Source: Chiloscyllium plagiosum
Lineage: Eukaryota
Direction: 5' to 3'
NCBI RefSeq assembly: GCF_004010195.1
Contig: NC_057721.1
Span: 51,914,662-51,978,661, forward strand
Length of the DNA stretch: 64,000 nucleotides
In this document: positions 51,376-64,000 of the stretch, piece by piece
Position numbering within the stretch: the stretch's first letter is position 1
Layout of the letters: each line of letters opens with the position of its first letter
Made by a program: the position numbers and the translations under genes
The notes under the pieces: generated by a model
The model's database searches: none
Seen by the model: only the letters and a program-made list of their open reading frames with translations
Told to the model about the DNA's origin: nothing

Positions 51376-51575
51376 GTTTTCTCTTGTTTACCTTATTTAA
51401 GCCTGCCATAATCTTTCACACCTCTCCAAAATCTCTTATCAATCTTCTTTGCTTCTAGAAGAACAAAAAAAGTCTTTCCAACCTAAATTTGTATTTCATG
51501 TTGTCACAAAGCTGGTCCCTTTTTTCTAAAAGTTGTTCCTTTTCTCAAGGATTCTGTGTTCTTGGTTTTTTTCTC
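51376..51575 (+). repeat. About 195-bp direct duplicate of 49891-50087, spanning a LINE/LTR junction
   Basis: Both read tttctcttgt.taccttatttaagcctgccataatc...ccaacctaaatttg.atttcatgttgtc.caaag.tggtcc...tctcaagga. Confidence 0.85.
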
Positions 51576-51621
51576 TCCCTGATTACAGATTCTAAAACCT
51601 TACTACCAGACTGTGGTTTCC

Positions 51622-51738
51622 ATAATTTGGAGATGAGGGTATTGGACTGGGGTGTACAAAGTTAAAAATCACACAACACCAGGTTATAGTCCAACAGCTT
51701 TAATTGGAAGCACAGCAGCTTTCGGAGCGACACTCCTT
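51622..51738 (-). mobile_element. Penelope pLTR fragment (same family as 1585-2856)
   Basis: ttggactggggtgtacaaagttaaaaatcacacaacaccaggttatagtccaacag. Confidence 0.8.
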
Positions 51739-52747
51739 ATAACTCACCTTACACCCTTCCTTGAATAGTGGTGTCACATTTACACTCTCCATCATTTGGC
51801 ACCTCCTCCAAATGTAGGTAAGATTGCAAGATTAAGGAAAACACTCACATTATCTCTACCCCTATTTCTTTTAGCAAGCTGGGAGGCAAGATACTTGGAT
51901 CAGGTGCATGTCCTAGACATAGCCAACATTTTCTGGATCTCAAACTATTGCTTCCACTATGCTTGTACCATCTCTACTCCTGGCAGGCTCAAAGGGCCAA
52001 ATGGCTTACTCCTATGCCTAAGTCCTATTTTTTGACAGATATGTTGTCTGAATTATCTTAAGTACTAAATGCTGATACAAAGAATGTTTCAAGTTCAAGC
52101 ATAATCCTGTGGCACTAAGCTTTCTTTTTGCCTGATAGGATCCAATCCACCTCATCCTGTATGCTTCATTTTTATATGCTGATGGAAGATTTTGGATTTC
52201 CTTTTACATTGATTGCTATTTCTGTTCTTAATTTTTTGTTTGCCCATCCTCAGTCTTTAACTAATGTATCACTTCCTTTAAGGTCACCTACTGTTCCACC
52301 AGAGATTTCCTTATCATCTAATTCAATTTTATCCTGGTTCAATCCTTGCTCAGCACATTGAAATTAATACTCTTCCATTTTAGGAGTAATGTACATATTG
52401 GTCCTAGCTATTATCCAATACTAATCTAAACCTTATAATATGATGAACATTCTTAACCAATGTTCCCCCACAGACACATGGTTCACTTAGTCCTCCTCAT
52501 TTTCCAACACCAGATGCCACAATGCCTCATTTCTAGTTAGACCAAGAAAAATTATCAAGAAATTTCTCTTGAACATATTTCAGAAATGTGGTCTGTTAGT
52601 CTTTTTTTTAACACTTTCCAAATCAAAATTTGGATAATTGAAGTACCAAAGTATCATCACACCACGCTTCTTGCATGTTTCTGATATTTCCTTGAATATT
52701 ATTCTTCTATCTCTCTTACTATTTGGAGGCTTATAGAATACTCCAAG

Positions 52748-54155
52748 TAGAACATAGAACATTACAGAGCAGTTCAGGCCCTTTGGCCCGCGATGTTGCG
52801 TCGACCTGTGGAACCAATCTGAAGCCTATCTATCCTACACTATTCCATTTTCATCCATATGTTTATCCAATGACCATTTAAATGCCCTTAAAGTTGGTGA
52901 GTCTACTACTGTTACATGCAACGCATTCCACCCTCTGCTACTCTCTGAGTAAAGAAATTACTTCTGACATCTGTCCTCTATCTATCACCCCTCATTTTAA
53001 AGCTAACTCTCCTCGTGGTAAGTCATCAACATCCGAGGAAAAAAGTTCTCACTGTCCACCCTATCTAACCCTCTGATTATCTTATATGCCTCAATTAAGT
53101 CACCTCTCAACCTTCTTCTCTCTAATGAAGACAGCTCAGGTCCCTCAGCCTTTCCTCATAAGGTCTTCCCTTCATAGCAAACAACATCCTGGTAAACCTC
53201 CTGTGAACCCTTTTCCAAAACTTCCACATCCTTCCTATAATGCGGTGACCAGAACTGTATGCAATACTCCAACTGTAGCCGCATCAGAGTTTTGTACAGC
53301 TGCAACATGACCTGGTGACTCCAAAACTCAATTCCTCTACCAATAAAAGCTAACACAATGTATGCCTTCTTAACAACCCTATCAACCTGAGTGGCAACTT
53401 TCATGGATCTATACATGTGGACACTGGGATCTCTTTGCTCATCTACACTGCCAAAAATCTTACCATTAGCCTAGTACTCTTTATTCCCGTTGTTCCTTCC
53501 AAAGTGAATCACCTCACATGTTTCCACATTAAACTTCATTTGCCACCTCTCAGCCCAGCTCTGCAGCTTATCTATGGCTCTCTGTAACCTTCAACATCCT
53601 TTGACACTATCCACAACTCCATCAACCTTAGTGCCTTTCACAAATTTACCAACCCATCCAAGCAGTGGACCCAAAACAGATCCTTGTGGTACACCACTAG
53701 TAACTGAACTCCAGGATGAACATTTCCTAACAACCACCACCCTCTGACTTCTTTCAGCTAGCCAATTTCTGATGCAAACCGCTAAATCGCCCTCAATCCC
53801 ATGCCTCTGTATTTTGTGAGAAAGTGAGGGCTGCAGATGCTGGAGATCAGAGCTGAAAATGTGTTGCTGGAAAAGCGCAGCAGGTCAGGCAACATCCAAG
53901 GAACAGGAGAATCGATGTTTCAGGCATAAGCCCTTCTTCAGCCTACCGTGTGGAACCTTATCAAACACCTTAGTGAAATCCATATACACCACATCAATTG
54001 CTTTACCCTCATCCACCTGTATGGTCACCATCTCAAAGAACTCAACAAGGTTTGCGAGGCACGACCTACCCTTCACAAAACCGTGTTGACTATCCCTAAT
54101 CAAATTATTCCTTTCCAGATGATTATAAATCCTTTCTCTTATAACCTTTTTCAAC
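52748..54155 (-). mobile_element. CR1 LINE (RT to 3' tail), with an internal Penelope pLTR insertion at 53817-53940
   Basis: ORFs 53885..54157 (SQHGFVKGRSCLANLVEFFE...VVYMDFTKVFDKVPH) and 53156..53416; (ttctatg)n tail. Confidence 0.9.
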
Positions 54156-54899
54156 ACTTATTTCTTATTTCTTAAGCTAATCTTCCAGCCACATATTTGT
54201 CTTTCCCATTTCCTATTTATAATGAAATGCAGCAATTATTATCTTTGCGATCTTATTTCTTTTGGTTTTTACGTCTTAGCATATGGACTCCATCCTTGCC
54301 TCCTCAAGGATATCCAGTTTTCCAATACTGCCATAATTACCCTAATCATTTTCCCCTTCTTACCTTTTCTGAACCATCAATGTCATTGTACATTAACACA
54401 CAATCCTCATAGTCCTTCAGCTACAGTGCCACTACATTATACTTCCACACTGCCATTGGTGCTTTTAGCTCAGTAATCTCATTCATCACACTTTGAACAT
54501 TTATATACATGCTTTGTAATCTTGTCTTTGTATTCCTTGTAGACCCTTTTAGTCTGCTCCTGTTTAATACTATGACCACCCTCTCTAATCCTGTCCAGCA
54601 TTCTACTTTTATTTACTGGTGTCTACCTCTCTGACACATTTGTTTAAACCTTTTCCAACCATATTAGTGAACCTCTGCAAAGATATTGATCCCAGGCTTG
54701 TTGTGTGAAATCCATCCCTTTTGCCCAAGAATCTGAAACTAATCTTCCAGTCACATATTTGTCTTTCCCATCTCCTATTTCTAATGAAATGCAGCAATTA
54801 TTATCTTTGGGATCTTATTTTAAAGTTTCATATTAGCTCCAGAAAATCTGACCATACCAATAGCATGCAGAGTAGAACAATCATAATGTCAAGCTTTAT

Positions 54900-57108
54900 G
54901 CAATACTGACTTGTCAAAATGATTAGTGAAGACAAAGGTAGGTCCCTTACAGAGGAACAAAGAAATGGCAGACCAATTAAATACATATTTTGGTTCTGTC
55001 TTCATAAAGGGGAACAAAAATAATATCCCAAAAATGTCAGGGGACACATGGTCTGATGAGATAGAGGAACTGAAGAAGATGGTGTTGAGGTAACTGATGG
55101 GATAAAAGGCAAACAAATGTCCAGAATCCAATATTCTGGGGTTCAGGTACTTAAGGAAGTGGTATTAGAAAGAGTGAATGCATTAGTGGTCATCTTTTAC
55201 AATTCTACAGGCTCTGGAACTGTTCCTTTAGATTGGAGGGTAGCTAATACATCATCACTATTTAAAAAAGGAGATAAGGAGAAAAAGGGGAATTAAAGAC
55301 TGACTAGTCTGACATTGGTGACAGGTAAATGGCTAGATTCCATTATAAGCAATTTAATAGGACCGCATTTGGAAAGCAGTGACAGGATCATACAAAGTCA
55401 TCATGGATTTATAAAAGATAAATCATGCTTGACAAACCTATTTGATTTTTTTTTGGAAAAGGTGAAATAGGGGAACCAGTGGATATAGTTTATTTGGATA
55501 TTCAGAAAGTACTCAGTAAGGTCACAGAGAAGATTAATATGGAAAATTAAAGCACGTTGGTTTAGGGGTTGTAATTTTAATATTTTTCACTGCTTGGCCC
55601 ATTGCCTTGGAATCTACGGTGCTTCAAGTAATGACCTAACCACTTCTTAAATATGCAAATGGCTTCCTCCTCTTCCACTCTTAGATTGGATGGTAGGTAA
55701 TCTAACTCTACTTTTTAAAAAAATGAGGTAGAGAGAAAACAGGGAATTATAGACTGGTTAGTCTGACATTAGTAGTGAGGAAAATACTAGAGTCCATTGT
55801 AAAAGATTTAATAGCAAGGCACTTGAAAAACAGTGACAGGATCAGAGTCAGCATGGATTTCGAAAGGGAAATTATGATTGACAAATCTACTGGAATTGTT
55901 CGAGAATATAAGTAGTAGAGTTGAGGGAGCCAGTGGATTTGGTCTACTTGGACTTTTAGAAGGCCTTCAATAAGGTTCCATATAATAGATTAGCATGTAA
56001 AATTAAACACATGAGATTGAGGGTAGTGCACTGACATGGATAAAGAACTGTTTGGCAGACAGGAATAAAAGAGTAGGAATAAATGGGTTATTCTATGAGT
56101 GTCGGTCATTTACCAGTAGAGTGAGTAACTGATCAGTAGGGTATTGTAGGGATCTGTTCTTGCGCCCCAGCTATTCACAATATATATTAATGATTAAATG
56201 AGGAACTAGATGTAATAGCTCTATGTTTGCAGATGACACAAAGCTGGGTGGGAGGATGATCTGTGCAGAGGATGTAGAGATACTTCAGTTCTGATTTGGA
56301 TACATCAAGTGAATGAGAAAATGAAGTATAATATTGGTTTTGTGAGTTGTCCACTTTGGTAGCAAAAACAGTAAAGCAGGTTACTATCAGAATGATGATA
56401 GATGAGGAAATGGGGTGGTGCAACAAGATCTAGGTGACCTTGTACACCAGCCACTAAAAGTAAGCATACAAGTGCAACAGGTAATGAAGAAGGCAAAAGA
56501 TAGGTTAGTCCTCATAGCAAGAGGATTTCAGCATGGGAATAGGGTCTTGGTGAGGCCTCACCAGAGTATTGTGTGCAATTTTGGTCTACTTATCCAAAGA
56601 AGAATGTTCTGATTGTGGAAGGAGTGCAACAAAAGTTTATCAGACTGATTCCTGGGATAGCGGGATGTATGAAGACAGAATGGATCAGTTAGGACTATAT
56701 TGACTGGAGTTCAGAACAATGAGAGGGTACCTCAATGAAACATATAAAATTCAAACAGGACTAGACAGGACAACCATGAAAAGGATGTTCCCATGACTGT
56801 GAAAGCCCAGAGCCTGAGGTCACAGTCTAAGGAAATGGGGAAGGCCATTTCGGACGGAAATGAGGAGAAATATCTTTGTGGAATTCCCTGCCACAGAAAG
56901 TGATTGAAGCCAAAACTTTGAGTGTTTTCGTTCAGGAGATAGATATGTTTCTTAGTGCTAAAGGACCAAAGAGTTTTGGGCAAAAGTGGGAACAGGGTAC
57001 TGAGTAGGATGTGCAACATTATCATATTGAATGTCAGAACAGGATTGAAGGGCCAAATGGCCGACTCCTGTTCCTATTTTCTATATTTCTATGTTTCTGT
57101 TTCTATGT
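54900..57108 (+). mobile_element. Degenerate CR1 LINE(s) with the RT start region present twice (about 55225-55570 and 55680-56030)
   Basis: DW..AN...FKKG....GNYR.VSLT segment occurs twice; MFADDTKLGG at about 56223; ttctatg tail. Confidence 0.75.
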
Positions 57109-59372
57109 TTTTAAGATGTCAACAAATGCTCATCAACATAAACGGTCCCACACTAGGGCTATATAAAGGGAGGAACCATGAACTATCTGAAATTTGTTTA
57201 GAACGTAAGTATTTAAACCCATGAAGTTTGATGAATAAGCTTGGTGAGCTATAGACAAAAATAGCAGTATGAGAATAAATGTATGCTGACAATAATGGAA
57301 ATATAGCTGAGGGCGATGAGAACTAGATAGAGTCATAGAGTCATGCAGCATGGAAACAGGTCTTCAGTGCAATTAGTCCACACTGACCATGTCTCCAAAG
57401 TAAGCTAGTCCCAACTGCCTGTGCTTGGCCCATATCCCTCCAAGACCTATTCATGTACTTATCCAAATGTCTTTTAACATTGTAACTGTACCTGCATCCA
57501 CCAATTCCTTTGGCAATTCATTCCATACATTCTATGTAAAATGTTCCCCCCATGTCCTTTTTAAATCTTTCTCCTCTCACATTAAAAAAAATGCTCATGT
57601 TTCATCTTCAATGCTATAAAGTATTGAAAGAAAGAGACAATCAAAAATGGCTGTACAGATATAATCCAACTAATTTTTAATTCCACGGAACATCGAATTT
57701 AAATTTCACCATCTGTCAGAGTGGGATTCAACTCTATGTCACAGAACATTAGACTGGGGGTTCCGGATTACTAGTCCAGTGATATTACCGCTGTGCCATC
57801 CTCTCCCCTAATTTAGCACTTCCAGATAATAAATTTGCTGGGATAAGTGGTTAGAAAGGGGGGATCAGGTGGAATGGATTGTTCTGTAAAGAACTTGGAT
57901 GAATTCAACACTTCTACTTGTACCCCATTGACAAACAATGTTGCAATATCTACACTTCAGTTAGAAAGTCCTAATTGAAATCTGCTACCTAACTGAGACT
58001 TCAAGGACACATTATCAGTGTCTATGAAGATTTCTAGGGTCCCACCAGGGCCACTCAACTCCAGACCTGTTTTTTTAACAGCCTTGGTCCAATATGACCA
58101 AACTGCCGAAATTAAGAGTTGTGATGAGAGTAGGTGCCCTGATACCAGGACTCCAATTGTTCAAGTAGGGCACTGAGAAGCCAAGGCAAAACTGAAGACA
58201 ATAGGACTCAGGTGAATAATCACTACCAGTGGTCACTAATCTTTTTAAGCACACAGCTACTTTTTAGAATTTAACTACAACCCAGGATCTTTCCCTTACG
58301 CATTTTTAGTACCTCATAAATCTAAAACCAAGAATATGTAATTATTATTTTGTCTTTGACTCACCAAATCTCAGCCTGATGATTGCTTATCTTCTGTGAG
58401 AAGTCTGGTTTGTATTTTCTTCAAATGGGCATCTGTGAGGTGGGTACAAAATTTGAACATGATTGTCTTCATTTGGGACGATTCAGTCTCACAGAGATAT
58501 GGGGACTCAAGGTAAGATTTCAGGATGACAGAAGCAGGTGTTTTTCTCTGTTTACAACTTCCCAATCTGACCCTTGATCTGACTTCCAGCTCAATAGTGT
58601 TTTAATTATAATTAATCTCTGTAAAAACTCTGCTGCTTTGTAAATCAAACATTTGGATAAATTTGGTAACGCACCCATTAGTGCCTATTTGAAGGAATGG
58701 ATTTGAGAATAACAGGATGATTTGTTTCATGACAATAATTCCTGAAATCACCTGCTGAATTCCTGTTCTTATTTCAACATCTTCTTAAGGACATTTAGGG
58801 ATGGGCAGTAAATGTTGACAGAGATGCCAATATTCTCTGAGCGAATGAAGCATTTTAAAATTTTCTCTGCTTGGCTCATTCTGTTCTTGGTTTGACATGT
58901 TGGCTCTAATACTGGAATAGTGGTCCGTTGCAGAACTGAGATTAAATTAATGACAGACTATCGGATTTTGACCTGCATACATTGCTGTCTATGGTCACAT
59001 ACCAGTTTGACATTGATGGTGGACTGGCTTTGTGGAGTCAGGAGGTATGGTACTCACGACAGAATTCACTGTTCTTGCAGCTACAGTATTTATGTGCTTG
59101 GTCCAGTACAGTTTCTGGTTAATGATGGCACTAAGGGTATTGATGATAGGCCGTTCCATTGAAAATCAAGGGCATGTATTTTGATTGTCTTCTATTACTG
59201 ATAGTAATTTCCTAACACTTGAAGGCATAAATGTTACTCTGTACTCCATACACATTGCTGTAGTCTGCACAAAATACTCTGCAAGCAATGATTTTGGGTG
59301 AGTGAGGCAGTGTGGTGTACTGAGCAACAAAAGAGGTGGAGGGTTGCTGGGTCAGAGATGTCTTTTGAAGAT

Positions 59373-59673
59373 GTGGCGGCATGGTGGCTCAGTGGTTAGC
59401 AGTGACCCTCACAGTGCCAGGGTCCCAGGTTTGATTCCAGCCTTGGGCAACTACCTGTGTGGAGTGTGCACATTCTCCCTGTGTCTGCGTGGTTTTCCTC
59501 CGGGTACTCTGGTTTCCTCCAGTAATCCAAAGAAGTGCAGGTCAGGTGAATTGGTTATGCTAAATTGTCCATAGTGTTAGATGCATTGATCAGAGGGGGG
59601 TGGGTTACTCTTCGGAGGGTCGGTGTGGACTTGTGGGCCGAAGAGCCTGTTTCCACACTGTAGGGAATCTAAT
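59373..59673 (+). mobile_element. HE1/V-SINE-type SINE
   Basis: Same consensus. Confidence 0.9.
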
Positions 59674-61845
59674 CATGTAGGCACTGACACTGACCACTTG
59701 TGTTTTGTCATTTGACCTATTTGTGGCACTGCTGGCTGGTTCTTATGTCCAGAATCCAAGTATGATCTCCCTGGTTTCATCCATGGAGCAATAGTATCGC
59801 TCCTCATACCCACCTCCAGTGTCATATCTGTCACTCTGAAACTCTCACTCTCCTGTAATAAACTCTTACATGAAGAAATTTGTTGAGCCAATTTTGTATA
59901 CAGCAAAATAAAGCAAAAATAAAAGAAAGGGATAAAATATTTCTGGTATTGATCAAGAAAATAATTTTGTCCAATTTGGAAGTCTCTGAAGAACTTTATT
60001 GTCATCTTATCTCCTGTCACATTTTAATTCTCCACCTTTCTCCCTCTCTCTGTTTTCTGTTGTCTGCAATGAGGCTTAACACAACCAGAAGAAATAGCAT
60101 CACATCATTCAATTAAGCATGAGACAGCTTTCTGGTGTTTTGATGAGTTCAATTGCAATCTCTGTCCCCTTTTTTCCTTTTCTCTTTAGTGGTGTTCTTG
60201 TTTTTTATTATTTGATTCAGTCAGTGACACAAACACCTCGTCTAGAAATATAACACCAACGTGAATACTTTAGTTGCTGGAAATCTGAAAGAAAGGCAGA
60301 AAATTCTGGAAATATGCAACAAGTTTGGCAGCATCTGTGGAGAAAGAAATAAAATTCAGATATCAAGTTAGTGACCTTGCAGAGCATCATGAGATCAGAA
60401 TATCCAGACACATTCCTTGCTTTTTTTTTACTTTATTCCAATTGCCACTTCATTTGGCTTTACAACATCAACGCTTTCATCATTTAACCCATCCTGCCTT
60501 CTAGTCTGTAACAATCCTTCCTTTATGTTCTTTTTCCAACCCTTAACCTGTTCATTCACTTAAAACCTAATTCATCTCAGACATTTCCAACTTCTGATGG
60601 ATCTCATCAATATGAAACATTAAATCTATAATGATTTGCCAGCTTTCTTAAATATTTCCAGTGTTTTCTAATCTTAGCCCAGAAGAATTTGTTACTTTTA
60701 GAACCATAGAACCAATTTTTTTTAGCCAATCATTCGTCATTGCTGTTGTAACTTCTTTGTTCTCATCGTTTAGCACCAGAAAGACATGCTGCTGTGTTTT
60801 GAATTGAATCTATTCCTTGCTGTAGATGCCCTTGTGGCCCAGCCTCTTTAGCAGGGTGATGTCCCTTTCCTGCAGGATTGATTCAGATGGGACTGTTCTT
60901 TGCTAAGGTTGCTTTGAATAATGTTTATAGAGCTTCTTGGACTTCAGGACAAGCAACCATTGAAGGCAGTCCATTGTTTAGCTGCAGCTTTGCACATCAA
61001 CCAACACAGTCCTGAAGCACAATCCAGGAAGTTGTGACCCTGTCCACCGTGTATTTAGTCTACATTTTGGTTAAGTTCCCAATCATGACCACTTTTTATT
61101 GTTGACATCTCCCTATAATTTCTTTGATCCACTACATCCTTCCTGCATGTTAATGGTCTGTCGATGTAACTGCAATGTGAGTGCACTCATTTCATTCCTC
61201 AGCTCTAACCAGATTGATTCTGTACTTGAACCCTCTGAAATATCCTCTTTCTCCAGCATTGCAAAACTCTCTTTAGCCAATCCCACTGCCCCTTCTCCTT
61301 TCTTCTTTTATTATCTTTTCTGAAGATCTTGGACCCATCAATATTGAACACCCAGTCTTCCCCTTGCTCATTTTATAGCCTCCCACTCAGATCTACACCC
61401 TTACAAGTTTGCTGTCTCTCCAGCTTCCCAGTTAAGTAGTGCATGTCTCGAGACTTGGCTGTGACTTATAAACCCCACTCTGAGATGCTTCCTTGCAGAT
61501 CAGATACCTCCTTGATTCCAGGTAAATGTTTTGGGCCTTGAGAATCATCTACAATTTATAGCCTTCACTCTGAGCAGATCACAGGTTGGATGTCTCTCCA
61601 AATTCTAAGTAGTTGGACACACTGGAGTTTCAGGTTATTTGATTTTAACGCAACACAATGTCACTACAAGTTCTAACATGGCTGCCACAGATATGACTGT
61701 ACATGTGCTTTGTATTACCCTTTTCCAAGATTTTGTTTGATTTGGATCAATATATAAATAACAGAAATGTCTGTCAATCTTGCAAATTGTTCCCCAGAAA
61801 CATGACACAAATACAATTAATTAAATATTAAAATGAGACACATTA

Positions 61846-62150
61846 AGATTAGATTACTTACAGCATGGAAACAGGCCCTTCGGCTCAACAAGTCCACACC
61901 GGCCCTCCGAAGAGCAACCCACCCAGACCCATTCCCCTACACCTAATACTATGGGCAATCTAACATGGCCAATTCACCTAACCTGCACATTTTTGGATTG
62001 TGGGAGGAAACCAGAGCACCCAAAGGAAACCTGCTCAGACAGGGGGAGAATGTGCAAACTCCACACAGACAGTTGCCTAAGGCGGGAATTGAACCCAGGT
62101 CTCTGGCACTGTGAGGCAGCAGTGCTTTCTACTGTGCCACCATGCCGCCC
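61846..62150 (-). mobile_element. HE1/V-SINE-type SINE
   Basis: Same consensus. Confidence 0.9.
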
Positions 62151-63820
62151 ACTAAGCAGTCAAAGTTGGCAAACCCATAACATATATGGTAATGAATAAA
62201 ATGAATGTATTATTGGAAGGATGTGATTACAGTGGAAGGAGTGCAGTGGAGATTCACCAGGATTTTGCCTGAAGAGAGGCTTATAGGCCTGGGTTTGTTT
62301 TCTTTAGAGCAGGGAATGCTGAGGGAGACCTGATTGAGGTGGTGAAGGTTATGAGGGGCTTGGACATGGTGGATAGGAAGCAGTCATTCCCCTCAGCTGA
62401 AGGGTCAATAACAACAGATTACAATTTAAAAGGGAAGGCAGGAGGTTTGAAGGGGATTTGAGGAAACATTTCTTTCACCCAGAGGATGGTGGGAATCTGG
62501 TATACACTGCATTGGTGGGGTATTCAATGGGAAATGTCACAACCTTTAAAAAGAACAGGATGGGCACTTGAAATGTTATAACATTCAAAGCTGGGAACCA
62601 AGTGCTGGAAAGTGGGAGTAGACAAGTTGACACAAGCTCAATAGGATGAAGGGCTTCTTCTGTTCTATATGACTGTATAGCTCTATTATTTCCATTAAAA
62701 TCCTGACCAAAGAAATAATTAATCTCCTGATATAATCGACTGTAATTTCTCATCTCACGTTTTATCTGGTAGAAATCTGCCTACATTCTTTTTCTTAATT
62801 TACAGTAAACTCTTACTGTTCAAAGGGACTGCGTTGTCAGAGAAAATCAGAGTCAATGATTTTTGGGAATGGCCAACATATGCAGTGCATGAAGCATGCA
62901 TAGTGCACACTTTCGCTCTCAACAAACCATGAACAAACATTGGAGGTGCATGGGCTACAAGGTACACTTTAGATTTTGTGGATAAGGAAATTCATGAAGA
63001 GTGGATGAGGGAATGGCAGGACTTTGATGTGTTATTTCATGGGATATGGATATCACAGGCAAGGTCAGCACTTGCTGCTCATCCTGAATTATCCTTGGGA
63101 TTGTATCAAAGACCCACATTCCTCAATTGCAGCAGTCCACCCAATATGACTTTTTCTGTAGTGTTTCAATATAATTGAGTGGCATACAAGGAGATTTTAG
63201 GGGACAGATCAAAGGAAGCCACATTGCTATGGATCTGGAATTCCATATAAGCCTGAACAAGTAAGGATGCCATTTCTCTTTCTTCATTAGTGAACCAGAT
63301 AAGATTTTTAGAGCAATATAAGATTGTTTCATGGTCACCATGACTAATGCTAGCTTTCCAATCCAGATTTATTTATTAATTGAATTTAAGTTCTACTAGC
63401 TGCCATGGTGAGACTGGAATCCATGTCCCCAGATCATTAGCCTGGTCCTCTTGAATACTAGTCCAGTAACATTGCCAATATGCCACTACATCTCTGTAAA
63501 TTGTGTACAAATTTAAGTCATAATATCAAACATACTATCTCGTAAACTCCAGCATCTTACTCCAAAATCATTCTTCTTGACATTGATCTTTTTGATCATG
63601 GTTCCCTATTTGTGCATCCACTTGGTAACTTGACCATGTAAGTTTTAAAGTTTTATTTAGACATATCAATATTTTCATTTGTGCGCTAGAATGTTAAGAG
63701 CTGTACAAAAGACATGTGGAGTTATGCACTGCAAATAGTAAAACATCTTATTGTCAATTGCTTGATTTGTTTGCTGTACAGATGATTCATTGGTTTTAAA
63801 TTATGGGTTAATTAGAGTTG

Positions 63821-64000
63821 TTGTTATGGACTAGGTCAGACCACTCAAAACATTCTTAAGCAGGCAGCCCAGACCATAACTTTGCAATTTGTTCCAGTAA
63901 GTGTACAGTGAAAATTACCTGAAGTAAGAGAGCTAGGTTGACGACTAGATTTTTAAACAGACAAAAATTATTCACAAAACTATACAATAAAACATAAAGA
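63821..64000. mobile_element. LTR of the same family as 50016-50655, opposite orientation, truncated by the window end
   Basis: tgttatggactaggtcagaccactcaaaacattctt... is the reverse complement of 50480-50655. Confidence 0.8.

Noticed and set aside
58364-58620. Segment bounded by acceptor-like and donor-like sites (ORFs 58371..58565 and 58383..58577)
   Set aside because: Stops in all frames between the sites and no recognisable domain; at most a non-coding exon
60190-60253. QSVTQTPRLEI, resembling a V-domain A strand after a polypyrimidine tract
   Set aside because: Immediate stop codon, no downstream Cys or Trp motifs, followed by a repeat fragment

Overview
Eukaryotic, repeat-rich genomic DNA. 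It is almost certainly from an elasmobranch (shark), inferred from nine HE1/V-SINE-type copies plus shark-type CR1, Penelope, RTE, L1, Harbinger and LTR remnants. Only one protein-coding gene is supportable, and the ORF track shows only fragments of it. It is a 5-coding-exon minus-strand immunoglobulin-superfamily gene (ATG 30941 to TAA 13917; 960 nt, 319 aa; all introns GT-AG, phase 1). It encodes a leader, a single-exon V domain with a germline-joined J-like GKGT strand and a CD28/CTLA-4-like PPP FG loop, a C1-set domain ending in a free Cys, an uncharged transmembrane helix, and a short tail with an ITIM-like AVYSLL. This is a non-rearranging 'VJ-C1' antigen-receptor-like molecule, the architecture proposed for the precursor of Ig/TCR, and is the main candidate for follow-up. 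Secondary signals are an ~80-bp-arm hairpin in its likely 3'UTR, Penelope-associated minimal hammerhead ribozyme motifs, two ~200-bp locally templated insertions, a VNTR-cored non-autonomous retroelement, and a solo LTR with a 4-bp TSD. Exon coordinates were worked out base by base. Repeat boundaries are approximate and family names come from motif recognition, not database searches.
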